From positions 531,073 through 566,282 of the forward strand of contig NW_014577085.1 of assembly GCF_000485595.1 (NCBI RefSeq): a DNA stretch of 35,210 nucleotides, given 5' to 3'. A program made the translations under genes and the position numbers. This DNA comes from Priapulus caudatus (Eukaryota). This document shows positions 1-9,867 of the stretch, piece after piece. Under the pieces are notes generated by a model. The model saw only the letters and a program-made list of their open reading frames with translations. It was not told the DNA's origin and searched no databases. How positions within the stretch are numbered: position 1 is the first letter of the stretch; every line of letters starts with the position of its first letter.

Positions 1-506
1 CACAGACTATAACCCTGAAACAAAACAGTGAAATTTCTATTAGTATAAAACGGGGAATAAGGACATTTGATCACATTTCAGTCCGTCATAAATGAAGCAC
101 TTGCCAAATTTTAAATATCATTTTCCTCTTCTATCACACCCAAGGTGAGCTATAGTGTCATTGACACTTTCATTGTCTTCCCTATCGCAAGGAATGCTAC
201 TAACAATAAGCTGTTTTGATCAGTTTGTAATAGGCAAATTGCATGGGATAAAATACACGTCAATTTTAATTGCTTTTTCCAGAAACACTTTAAGATTTAT
301 TTAATTTACTTTAGGATTATATATACTTTATAATAGTTTGAGCTGACAGTTATACCTATTATGTCAAATTCCTATTATCTGTGAAATAAGGATATTGCAT
401 GTAAGCGTGGGAAATTAGGTTAATAAATGTGGAAATTGAATTTTCAAAGCTGAGCTTGCAGCTATTGCATTGTTGAGTGGCATGTGGTTGCTGTTGGTTG
501 AAACAG

Positions 507-612
507 GTGCACACAAGCAGTGAAGAGTTATGTTGAAGATCAGTCTACAGATGAAATACTAGATGTTGGTGCAGATATGAGGATGATACTGCTGTGCTTC
601 TCTCTTCTCAAG
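507..612 (+). CDS. KIF6: KIF6 exon (CTQAVKSYVEDQSTDEILDVGADMRMILLCFSLLK)
   Basis: aaacag acceptor at 505-506, AAG/gttctg donor at 613; VGADMR motif. Confidence 0.88.
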
Positions 613-1117
613 GTTCTGGATCATATCTGTTGTGGGGTGGTATGGGTTGGGGATTGTTGCTATTGGCATGTACAAGATCATTGGGACAGAACAAAGTCAG
701 TCACATTGGTTGTGCCAGAGATGGTTGTGATAGAAGATTGTGAAATTATTATCCAGGAGTCTAGGAATAAACAAGTAGATATATGTAATTGAACAGTGAT
801 AGAAGTAAATGTGTGTAATTTGGGAGCTGAATGGGCACATGTGTGTATGTTTGGTTTAGTGCATATATGTGTAAAGATGGAGTGCAGAAGGGAAGGTGGG
901 AATTAGAGTGTAAAAGTATGTGCTGGTGGGATTGGTGGGATCGAGTAAGGAAGAGTTGATGTGCGGTGGTAGGAGGGAAGTAGTAGAACTACATGTGATT
1001 GAGTAAAAGAGGAGTGGGTTGTTGTGAGAGAATCAAATGTAAATGTGTTGTATAGCCTAGGAGAGCATGTAGATATTATAAGGTAAACGAGATATAGATC
1101 ACATATCGTAGCAGGAG

Positions 1118-1177
<60 letters not shown>

Positions 1178-3960
1178 TGTGCGTGTGGTTGGTGATATCT
1201 AAGTGAGCTGTGTAATACCCTAATCTATACTGACATGTGTGCAATATAAACATTCTTTTTGCAGAATATCATTAAGGATATGAAGCTAACCTGTTTAAGC
1301 AAAGAGAAGATACAAACAGCTCCATGCGCACCCATTGCATCTGGAGAGTATACAATGCAAAAAGAGGATGAGAAATTGAAAGACCTGCTGCAGCAAAGGA
1401 ACAGTGATATAAGTATCCTTTGCATTTAAATAATTACGCATGTTTCTAAACTTTCTCGCAGCAGGTAGACTTAGGTCTAGGGTCCTTACTACTTTGGAGG
1501 TCACATTTACTTATTATATGTGCTTGAATACAGCTTGCACACGGACCTCCAATGACACATGTTATGGCGTGTATTTATCTTCTTTAACGAGTGTGTAGCA
1601 ATTCTGACGGATTTGTTAAAAAATGCAAGGCATGGACCTGATGGTATGCAGGTGTTAACGTCAACGCAGCTATCAGAATGGACAAGGAGAAAAGTTGAAG
1701 TGAAAAGAGGCACCTCCGGTGATTCCCCACAGGACTCAGGACAATTAAGAGAAGCTTTCACAAGGTTCCGCAAAGAATATAAACATGAGGAGGAAATTGA
1801 AAGCAAGAAAATGCAGCTAAGGACCAAGTATGCAGAAGCTAAAGCATTGGGAGAACAGGTTAATCAGGCCAGAAACCTGATCAGTAAGTCACAAAACTGT
1901 GTTAGCTCCTTACTGTACATTGCTTTACCTAATTACCTAAAGCTATTTGGTCTATTTGGACTAATTTTCACAATAAATTTAATAATAATTACTTTTATAA
2001 ATATTTATCAATCTACACCATATCACAACAATGTAATTATTAGAGATATTTGCAGTAAGTTATACTGGTCCAGCTAATCATTGTTAACAGATGATTGATT
2101 TATTGATCACATATTGTTAGATGACTTGAAATGTAAGCTACAAAAGTATCAGATGAGCAGAGCAATGCAGGGGTTCAACCGTGAAGCCAACTTGGACAGT
2201 GCAGAAACAGATGCCATGGAAACGTCATTGAGAGCTGAGATGCAGGCAGGGAAGTGCAGGTAAAGAATGAAGAAAATGTGAATGTGAATATATTGAAGTT
2301 ATAATGTATATAAAGTATATAATCAGTAACATGGTTAGACGCAATATTAAGTGTCGTTTCTTAATTTTAACATTCATGATTATATTTATGATAGCGCATC
2401 ATTATAATATGGTTCCTGTCGGCCCCATGCATGCTCTTGAGAAATATTCCTGCTATCACTCACTAGAGTTTGTACCAGTGATTTCAACTAGGCTTATGTC
2501 GAGATCCACCTCTGTAATTTCTTGGTAGATTTATCATTGCAAATTAAAAGGGTTCTATTAACCTTAATGTTTAACAGCTTGGAGGTAGCTGTGTATTGAT
2601 GCCGATTCTGCGTTCAATTTCTATTAGGTACAAAGAAAAATTTCAGCAACTTAGAGGCTTGAAAGCAGAAATTGAACACTTGCACCACCTGTTGGAGAAA
2701 TCTAGAGTTAAAATACAGCAAGAGTTCGAGACGTGGTGGAGCCAGCAGGGCAATGCGATGAAGGTTTGTATTGATGTTATAGCCGACTCCGACAGTGCAT
2801 AATTTACTATTGCAAGATTTTCTATCACACTTAGTTATGCTGAGAGGGTCTATGTCCCCCAGGGTACTGCCGGAACGTCCGGTATACCGGAACATACCCT
2901 GGTGCTATCTAATATGCCGGACAGTACCTCGCCTACTCCACTAACGAGTCTAGGGAGTCGCTTACGCCTACTCCATAACCCTAACCCTAACCATATCAGA
3001 TAGTTACCAGGGTACGTTCCGGCAGTACCCTGGGGGACATAGACCCTATGAGCCTTAGTTGTCTAATAATTTTTGCTTTATTGGCACAGATGCAAATATT
3101 AGCTTCCAATAATCGCATTGCAAAGATTGCTACATCTACTAGAGCTCCTGCTAGTCAGTCATGTATATAACATGTGCAATTTCTATCATTTTAATACACA
3201 TGAATACCACCATTGAGTATAAATGATAGCATTTCTAGTTTACCAATAGATGGTGCAAAGCCAACAAAGTCCTTTTTGTTAGCTGCCGGTGATGAAATGA
3301 GAAAATGAGACTATAGTTCTAGAATTAAATTAGGTGGAGGATGTGGGGGGTAAATTAAGGCACAGTTTGAGGGGACAGGGAAATTGAGGTGATACATGAG
3401 GAGGAGAAGGAGAATAAGAAAAAGGAGAAGAAGATTAGTGGATGAGAGGGAGGAGGAGAAGAAGGTAGAGAAGGGGGGAGAAGATGCATGTGAATTTTAC
3501 CAATTTCCCATCGTCATTGATGGTACTTCATCAATTCCGACTCCTTTTCATTCTGCTGCTTGCTCTACTCCTACTATCACTCTTCCCCGATTCTCCTCTG
3601 GTTGTGGACATGTTTGCGAGCTCGCGGGATATCAGTATAGCTAGCATAGCTTGTTTGAATTACTTGTAGGATGAGGCAGTCTCTCCACGGGTCGGATCTA
3701 GTTGGGTATCTCGTAATGAAGCTCAGAGCTGCCTGCGGGAGAAAACGCGCCGGGACTGTGAACAGACGACTGTTGCAGCGACCAGCACTGCCAGCCTTGA
3801 CGCTGAAACTGTGAACTCGGCAGAAATCGAAGCTGCCCGGCCGCCTCATAGTGCAGTCAACATACCATTAACAGGTGATTCTCAGGCTGATGCAGACATC
3901 ATCGCATTCTTCAAGGCAAGGCAACGACTTGTACAATGTACAAATATAGTTAAGAGATAG
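507..3960 (+). CDS. KIF6: Kinesin-like protein KIF6, 3' part; join(507..612,1265..1412,1599..1883,2121..2259,2628..2763,3670..3960); motor-domain exons lie upstream of the window
   Basis: Six GT-AG exons splice in compatible phases. The peptide matches KIF6 tail motifs as I recall them: EDQSTDEILDVGADMR, LKDLLQQRNSDI-ILTDLLK, EAFTRFRKEY, LKAEIEHLHHLLEKSRVKIQQEFETWW and the terminal IPLTGDSQADADIIAFFKARQ. Stop TAG at 3958-3960. Confidence 0.92.
1116..1187. repeat. Compound (GT)n/(GCGT)n microsatellite in KIF6 intron
   Basis: Direct reading. Confidence 0.95.
1265..1412 (+). CDS. KIF6: KIF6 exon (NIIKDMK...EKLKDLLQQRNSDI)
   Basis: ttctttttgcag acceptor; open 148 nt, phase 0 to 1; ends at U12-type donor GTATCCTTT. 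Confidence 0.85.
1413..1598 (+). other. U12-type (minor spliceosome) GT-AG intron of KIF6
   Basis: 5' splice site GTATCCTTTG; branch-like TTCTTTAAC at 1580-1588, about 11 nt before the AG; no polypyrimidine tract. Confidence 0.85.
1599..1883 (+). CDS. KIF6: KIF6 exon (ILTDLLKNA...EQVNQARNLI)
   Basis: Within ORF 1559..2077; acceptor AG at 1597-1598, donor gtaagt at 1884; coiled-coil tail similarity. Confidence 0.88.
2121..2259 (+). CDS. KIF6: KIF6 exon (DLKCKLQKYQMSRAMQG...EMQAGKCR)
   Basis: ttgttag acceptor, AG/gtaaag donor; phases 1 and 2 fit the neighbouring exons. Confidence 0.85.
2628..2763 (+). CDS. KIF6: KIF6 exon (YKEKFQQLRGLKAEIEHL...EFETWWSQQGNAMK)
   Basis: ttctattag acceptor, AAG/gtttgt donor; conserved LKxEIEHL...EFExWW motif. 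Confidence 0.9.
2845..3047. mobile_element. ~200-bp MITE-like palindromic element with internal (TAACCC)n
   Basis: Perfect 34-bp inverted repeats AGGGTCTATGTCCCCCAGGGTACTGCCGGAACGT (2845-2878 / 3014-3047); TAACCC repeats at 2976-2992; no clean TSD. Confidence 0.75.
3670..3960 (+). CDS. KIF6: KIF6 terminal coding exon (DEAVSPR...IPLTGDSQADADIIAFFKARQRLVQCTNIVKR*)
   Basis: ttgtag acceptor; 291 nt in phase 0; KIF6 C-terminal signature PLTGD.Q.D.DI.AF.KARQ. Confidence 0.9.
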   Translation, partial: DEAVSPRVGSSWVSRNEAQSCLREKTRRDCEQTTVAATSTASLDAETVNSAEIEAARPPHSAVNIPLTGDSQADADIIAFFKARQRLVQCTNIVKR

Positions 3961-3991
3961 ATCTGCAATGATGATGGTGCTTATTAGTATA

Positions 3992-4099
3992 GTTGTTGTT
4001 GGTGTTGTTGTTGGTGTTGTTGGTGTTGTTGTTGGTGTTGTTGTTGTTGTTGGTGTTGTTGGTGTTGTTGTTGGTGTTGTTGTTGTTGTTGTTGTTGTT
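3992..4099. repeat. (GTT/GGT)n trinucleotide repeat just downstream of the KIF6 stop
   Basis: Direct reading. Confidence 0.95.
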
Positions 4100-4551
4100 T
4101 TAAACTTGTAAAGCTTGATAGTACTTAGGTATGAAATGTTAACATTGATTTTAGTATGTGGGATTAGATAATAATAGTACAGTTTCCACATGAAATAATT
4201 GAAACGTTGGGTATTTACATATTAATTTCAAGGAACCTTATGTGCTATTTATTGCCATTAGGCTACATTATCACGGTATGAGAGCCATTTAATAAGCGTA
4301 GCCAAAAGTAAATTTTTGGCATTACAGTACTTATATACAAAACAACTATATAATATATCATTATTATATTTTTTCAGCATTTTACAGTTGTGTAAAAAAT
4401 ATATTGATTGAGTAAATAAATCTTTGTATGAATTAGTAAAATAATAATTGTTTACATTATTTTCTCATAACATTAAATATTTTCAGGGGTGAATAAAAAC
4501 AAGTTCGGGAATAGGTGATTGTGAATAAGAAAATTAAAACAATTTTGTTTT

Positions 4552-5388
4552 CTATACACTCCTGATATCGTCTACTATACGGTGGTGTGTGTTAATTTCT
4601 ATTTCGATTCGGTCATATGCTAATATGCCCTTGTATCGTTGTGTTTTTTGTAGAAATTGCTGTTCACCATACATGCTTATAAACACACGTGAATAGCCTA
4701 GCAGCACATCCTCCATACTCATACGCTGTATTGGGTCTACTATTTTGCATTTCGCGTGGATATCTGCGAGACGTCGCATCAGGTTGGAGTTTCTCGGCAA
4801 CATGCGATCACACACCGCCGGTATCTTCCAGACATCCAACTTTACCTGTCTCGCAGCAAGCGCCTTCACGCAGCTACTGTTAGTGGATGACTTACAACTC
4901 AGTGAGGCGACAACGTCGTGTTCGGGTGCAATAAGATGAGCGTCATGAGTATTGTTCAGCAATGTTGGTTCGACTCCGATCTCACTTAAGATGTCCATGT
5001 CACTGAGAAGCAGGCGCATGTCGTCAGAGAGGAGGTATTGAGAAAGAGTCTTCACCAACGTGTTCTGATCAGGATTACATCGCCCCTTCTCATGCAGCAT
5101 AAGATTGATCGCTGCGTAGTCCATACACAGCAGCAGCTGCCGCTCGTCTGCTTGCTCCTGACTTAAGGACTGAATGTGTTGTTCTGCATTTCGGGCGTCA
5201 CCTAGCTCATAGTATTCCACAGCAAACTCCTGCGTTATCTCACAGACGCCAATCAGCTGCACTACAAGCGGGTTTGGTTGCAGCCACTGGTAGTTTGCCA
5301 GTGCTTGTTTAAATGTTACCTTGTTTTCGTCTACAGGAAGTTGCATCAGCACTATCTTATGCTCCTTAAAAGTAGTGAGATATATTTT
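4552..5388 (-). CDS. POMK: POMK-like terminal exon (kinase core)
   Basis: Within ORF 4552..5526; acceptor ttttaccttacag ends at 5389; phase 0; stop at 4552-4554. Confidence 0.88.
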   Translation of the reverse strand, partial: KIYLTTFKEHKIVLMQLPVDENKVTFKQALANYQWLQPNPLVVQLIGVCEITQEFAVEYYELGDARNAEQHIQSLSQEQADERQLLLCMDYAAINLMLHEKGRCNPDQNTLVKTLSQYLLSDDMRLLLSDMDILSEIGVEPTLLNNTHDAHLIAPEHDVVASLSCKSSTNSSCVKALAARQVKLDVWKIPAVCDRMLPRNSNLMRRLADIHAKCKIVDPIQRMSMEDVLLGYSRVFISMYGEQQFLQKTQRYKGILAYDRIEIEINTHHRIVDDIRSV

Positions 5389-5593
5389 CTGTAAGGTAAA
5401 ATGAAACAAAGGTTTAGTGTGGTATATACATATATAGTACACGTCTCCAAAAGGGCAGCGTTTGGCAATTTCGCCTTGCATCTTCAAAATGTCTTTTGTT
5501 AATATTAATACAGGCAATAAATGCATAAATAATCAGGTAATAATCAATCACTTTCTTCACCAAAGAAATTCGCCATCACATACGCACCAACGA

Positions 5594-5638
<45 letters not shown>

Positions 5639-8600
5639 GGAAAGGTCAGATATCAGACAATTTTCTGAGGACATTGTCTAACTGACCGAGTGCAAAACTT
5701 TTTTGTTTCAGCGCTGACCTACCATTTTTATCAACTTTATTGAAAGGACCATGAATGTAACTTTACGCTGACGCTGCGAAGATGTAAGTGTCTGATAACC
5801 TTTTGACTCAAGGAGGAAGGTTTAGACATGGATTTGTTACTGTTAACAAAGGATCTGAACTGCTTTTTGCTGATTAGAGCCCCCTCGCACCTGCCCCCAG
5901 CCCACCACCTCCCCCGCCACCATCCATAACGCTGCGCCTCGTACACATATTTCATGGGATAAACATCAAGAAGCTAATAATACATAGAGTGGTAATACGG
6001 AAAAAACGGGAAAAATAGCGGCTATCTCTCACGACCAACATCTAATCTCTACTTTGCCTGCGAGTCTATAATTAATTTCATGGTATTGCATTAACCAGAA
6101 TTCTTTTGCTCTCTAAAACAAGCACCAAGCGCGTTGTCAATACGATACTCCAGGCGGGCAGATATCGGCTCCTAAACCCCCTCCCACGATGCCAAACTGT
6201 CAGCGCCTCTCGAATCACTTCTTGTCCCATCCTTCCACCGCGTCTAAGCGCATTTCGGCTATCGGTTTCCGTCACCGCTTGGAGCGCTGATGTAATTGAT
6301 TCGGTCACCATCGCCAAATTTATTGGCACTCTTACTAGCTGGCGTTGTAGAGATCTTAATTAAAAAAAACATTGCCGGCTGCCATCATGACGGCGATGTA
6401 TGCCGTGCTTAGGAAAAGATAATGGGAGATTAAGGCGCATAGGCCGATGCCCCCGAAAGTCCACCTCCACCCTGCACCTGCACTCCGAAAATCAATTCAT
6501 CAAAATATGGTCGGAAGAAACTGCGAACTCTCCACGAACGCAACGCTTAGCCGCGTGGAAGGATTGGGGACCAGAAGCTGTACTTCGAGGCGTGCGTTTG
6601 CAATGTGGAGAGGGGAGGTTTAGAGCCGGATATCTCCGCCTAGGAGTATACGTTTCACAAGCGGTGTGGTCTTGTTTTGAGAGCAAGAATTTCTGCTAAT
6701 GCAATACCATTGAATTAATTATAGACTCGCAGGGCCAAAGTAGAATAATGGTTGTGCGTGAAATAGCACTATTTTTTCCCGCTTTTTCCGTTTACACTCT
6801 ATGTATTATTAGCTCTTGATAACATTGTTAATATAGTGAAGTCTAATTAAAGTCTGCACAGCTGTATCTTTTGTGCAATTGATTCGCTATTTAGGAATGT
6901 CGTGCGTTTCTGTAGTGGGTGGTTACAGTTTTACTCTCACGAGAATGCCGCGCTACGTGGGCGCGGGTTGTCCCGCGCAATGAAAACAAATTTGTGTGTC
7001 TACCATCCCTAGCCGACCAGGCGCTGCTGCCGACGAGATGTATCATAGTGCGCGTATCTCTAACCCTAGCAATACCGTTTTCTTGGAGTAGTACCCTCCG
7101 CGAGAGGAGGTCCCGGCATAGGTAAAAACAGTAGGCAGAACGGCGCGAAACAGAGGAGACCGCGGTGAGGTCCAGGGTGCGCGACAACATCCCGGCACTG
7201 AACTAATACCACGGCCCAATGGTAGTGCTCCAAGTACGCTAAACGTCAATAAAGATCCTCGAGTAACGCTGCCGCCGTTGGCTGAAGAGCACCGAATACG
7301 CGACAATTCGTTAACACTCTTATTGACCCTGTACTGCCCTGCTAGAGGCAGAAGTCCTCATCATAGATTTTTAGATCTGTATTTGTAGTATCCTAGATAA
7401 GATGCTCTGAGCGCGAACGCGTGACGGGACGGGCGGCACTTTATTCGGATGCCAGTGAGTTTATTCAGNNNNNNNNNNNNNNNNNNNNNNNNNNNNNNNN
7501 NNNNNNNNNNNNNNNNNNNNNNNNNNNNNNNNNNNNNNNNNNNNNNNNNNNNNNNNNNNNNNNNNNNNNNNNNNNNNNNNNNNNNNNNNNNNNNNNNNNN
7601 NNNNNNNNNNNNNNNNNNNNNNNNNNNNNNNNNNNNNNNNNNNNNNNNNNNNNNNNNNNNNNNNNNNNNNNNNNNNNNNNNNNNNNNNNNNNNNNNNNNN
7701 NNNNNNNNNNNNNNNNNNNNNNNNNNNNNNNNNNNNNNNNNNNNNNNNNNNNNNNNNNNNNNNNNNNNNNNNNNNNNNNNNNNNNNNNNNNNNNNNNNNN
7801 NNNNNNNNNNNNNNNNNNNNNNNNNNNNNNNNNNNNNNNNNNNNNNNNNNNNNNNNNNNNNNNNNNNNNNNNNNNNNNNNNNNNNNNNNNNNNNNNNNNN
7901 NNNNNNNNNNNNNNNNNNNNNNNNNNNNNNNNNNNNNNNNNNNNNNNNNNNNNNNNNNNNNNNNNNNNNNNNNNNNNNNNNNNNNNNNNNNNNNNNNNNN
8001 NNNNNNNNNNNNNNNNNNNNNNNNNNNNNNNNNNNNNNNNNNNNNNNNNNNNNNNNNNNNNNNNNNNNNNNNNNNNNNNNNNNNNNNNNNNNNNNNNNNN
8101 NNNNNNNNNNNNNNNNNNNNNNNNNNNNNTCAGAAGAATACCTGGCTACAGTACACGTCAGTTGAGCGCTGTCGCTCTGCGGTAATTACCTCCGCCAAGG
8201 GGTTGGCAAGAGGTTATGTTTTCACCGGCGTGCGTTTGTTGGTTTGTGGGTTTCTTTGTGTACAGGCTAACTGAAAAAGTTATGGCCGGATTGTCATAAA
8301 ATTTTCAGGATAGGTCAGAAATGGGCTAACTTAGAATTGATTACATATTGGTGGTGATCCGGATCCAATTAGTTAATTAATGAATTAAATTTTCAGTATA
8401 CGTCAGAAATCGGGTAACTTAGAATTGATTACATTTTGGTCGTCATCCGGATCCAATCAATTATTTAAATTTTTTACAGTCACAGAATTGAGCTGCCTTG
8501 GCGGAGGTCTGTGCTCTCCGAGTGCTCTAGTTGTTTATGTGACTATATGCGTTTCACCATCTTTGAGATGTCTTAGGTTTCCAAGGGTTAAGTATAAACG

Positions 8601-9745
8601 ATTTAAATGCCTAGTGTAGGTGTAGGATGAAACGTTTACCTTTATGCAAGTACAACGCGGTTTCTCACTATCGCGGCTCTACCCCCGTTCCTCCCCTCCC
8701 TCATTTCATCCATACGTTCCTCCGTCGACTGTTCCTCAACCTCTCGTTATATCTCTGACTAAGTAGTCTGAGCCAGCCGCCTGGACAAAGTGGTTAGTAT
8801 TAAGTATATATAGTTCATCCGTGAAAGACGATTATACGGCAGCTCGGCACAAAGCACGCCTCCGTACCCCTGCATTCCGCCGCCATACAAGTCCTACAAT
8901 ATTGCCCAATGAAGGGTAGAATCTTGACCTGACACCCAGTCGGCTATTTTTAGAGCCTTCGAAAAGTTGGTGAATAGACATGTTAACAACGGGGAAGTGT
9001 AAACCTGTTCTCGTTATTCAATATAGTCTGTATATCTAAAATTCACCGTGAAATGCGGTTTTCTGCACAACTTGCTACTTAAGCTACTTTTAATTTTCAA
9101 AGAGTAGTTTTTGATAGAATAATGGATTGCCATTGAGCTTACTCGCACGCAGGCAGGAAACACGCACAAGTCAACTATCTATATTATACCTTGTAACCGC
9201 GCCTGGGTTGTCCAAATTTTTCCACTTCAAGTTCACTTAACTCCTGGCAATTGAGCCATTTTCGACAGACGTGCATTCCTTGCAGAGCAAACTGTCCGTG
9301 CTCGCAGCATGGCTGATTCTCCAGTGTTCCTCCTGAGCGGACGCATGCTTGCAAACTCTACATACACAATTAATCTAATGTTCAGCTGTTCCTTTATAGT
9401 TACGGTTGCTATGCTACTCCGCTATGCTAGGATGGATTTATTAGATATTGTACTATCGGGAAAAGCAAAGGTTGGACGGGCATAAAATTTGTGGCAAACT
9501 CGTCTAGGTTAAATAATATTATATAGCGATCCACACTATAGCCATTTTAATACTTACAATACTTTTATAATATATCTGCCTTATATGACGTTGAAATGTG
9601 TCGTATGTTACAGTTTTTGATTGGCTTACCTGATGCTTTGCTTTAGCTGTCGATAGTGAGGCATTCAGCGAGGACAGAACTTCTCTGGTCAGTAGGCCTG
9701 CGGATTCATTTCGTACGACGACAGTTATTACGTCTAGCTTGTGAC
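4552..9745 (-). CDS. POMK: POMK/SGK196-like (protein O-mannose kinase family) atypical kinase; join(complement(9630..9745,9190..9357,4552..5388)); 5' end not found
   Basis: Spliced peptide CEHGQFALQGMHVCRKWLNCQEL...GYK|KIYLTTFKEHKIVL...VVQLIGVCE...VEYYELG...LCMDYAAI...D.NTLVKTLSQYLL...SDMD...APE...KLDVWKIP...DIHAKCK..P.QR parallels POMK as recalled (CPYGHF..MKNCSPWLSCEEL, KEHKVALS, KTLSQYLL, NDLD, DIWKIP, DIHKACK). Orthology versus paralogy is untested. Confidence 0.8.
5640..5935 (+). repeat. Internal fragment of the Helentron/DINE-like family also seen at 15345-15640
   Basis: Shared blocks ttttctgaggaca..aaacttttttgtttcagcg..ttattgaaaggaccatgaa..gtaagtgtc.gatacc..ctgttaacaaa..ttagagcccc. 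Confidence 0.7.
5967..6818. mobile_element. ~850-bp non-autonomous DNA transposon with ~290-bp imperfect TIRs (copy 1)
   Basis: CAAGA(A)GCTAATAATACATAGAGTG... mirrored by ...CACTCTATGTATTATTAGCTCTTG; flanks ATAAACAT / ATAACAT resemble a 7-8-bp TSD. Confidence 0.85.
6898..7305 (+). mobile_element. Possible solo LTR (~410 bp)
   Basis: TGTCGTG...CGCGACA inverted termini and AATAAA near 7248; no TSD seen. Confidence 0.35.
7469..8129. other. Assembly gap (N run)
   Basis: 661 N. Confidence 1.
8185..8532 (+). mobile_element. Helentron-associated/DINE-1-like non-autonomous element
   Basis: Sub-terminal inverted repeats ACCTCCGCCAAGG (8188-8200) / CCTTGGCGGAGGT (8496-8508); GTTT-rich microsatellite; duplicated core (aacttagaattgattaca..atccggatccaat); 3' hairpin then TCTAGTT. 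Confidence 0.75.
9190..9357 (-). CDS. POMK: POMK-like exon (SLQACVRSGGTLENQPCCEHGQFALQGMHVCRKWLNCQELSELEVEKFGQPRRGYK)
   Basis: 168 nt, phase 0/0, tag acceptor and gtataa donor; Cys pattern C-x2-G-x-F...M-x2-C-x2-W-L-x-C-x-E-L typical of the POMK N-lobe. Confidence 0.85.
9630..9745 (-). CDS. POMK-like stem-region exon (HKLDVITVVVRNESAG...KAKHQ)
   Basis: Strong ttcctgcag acceptor and CAG/gtaagc donor; open reading, phase 1 to 0, compatible with the downstream exon; no homology support. Confidence 0.6.
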
Positions 9746-9867
9746 CTGCAGGAAATTATGATATAGTAAGATCGTGGAAAGACTAAAGGACTAACTGACT
9801 GAACTTTAGCAAATATGTGATTCTCGAGAATAATTCAAACTATGCATAATATCATTTAAAAGTCTAT

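Noticed and set aside
2976..2992. Telomere
   Set aside because: Fewer than three TAACCC units, internal to a MITE in an intron
3090..3170. Possible extra or alternative terminal KIF6 exon (MQILASNNR...QSCI*)
   Set aside because: The acceptor is plausible, but there is no phase-0 donor and no recognisable similarity; exon 2763 splices in frame directly to 3670
5389..5526. N-terminal extension of ORF 4552..5526 (MHLLPVLIL...) as an intronless gene start
   Set aside because: A strong acceptor sits at 5389 and an upstream exon (9190-9357) supplies the POMK-like N-lobe, so this is intron read-through
7421..8185. Long ORFs 7421..8185 and 7449..8165
   Set aside because: They span the N gap
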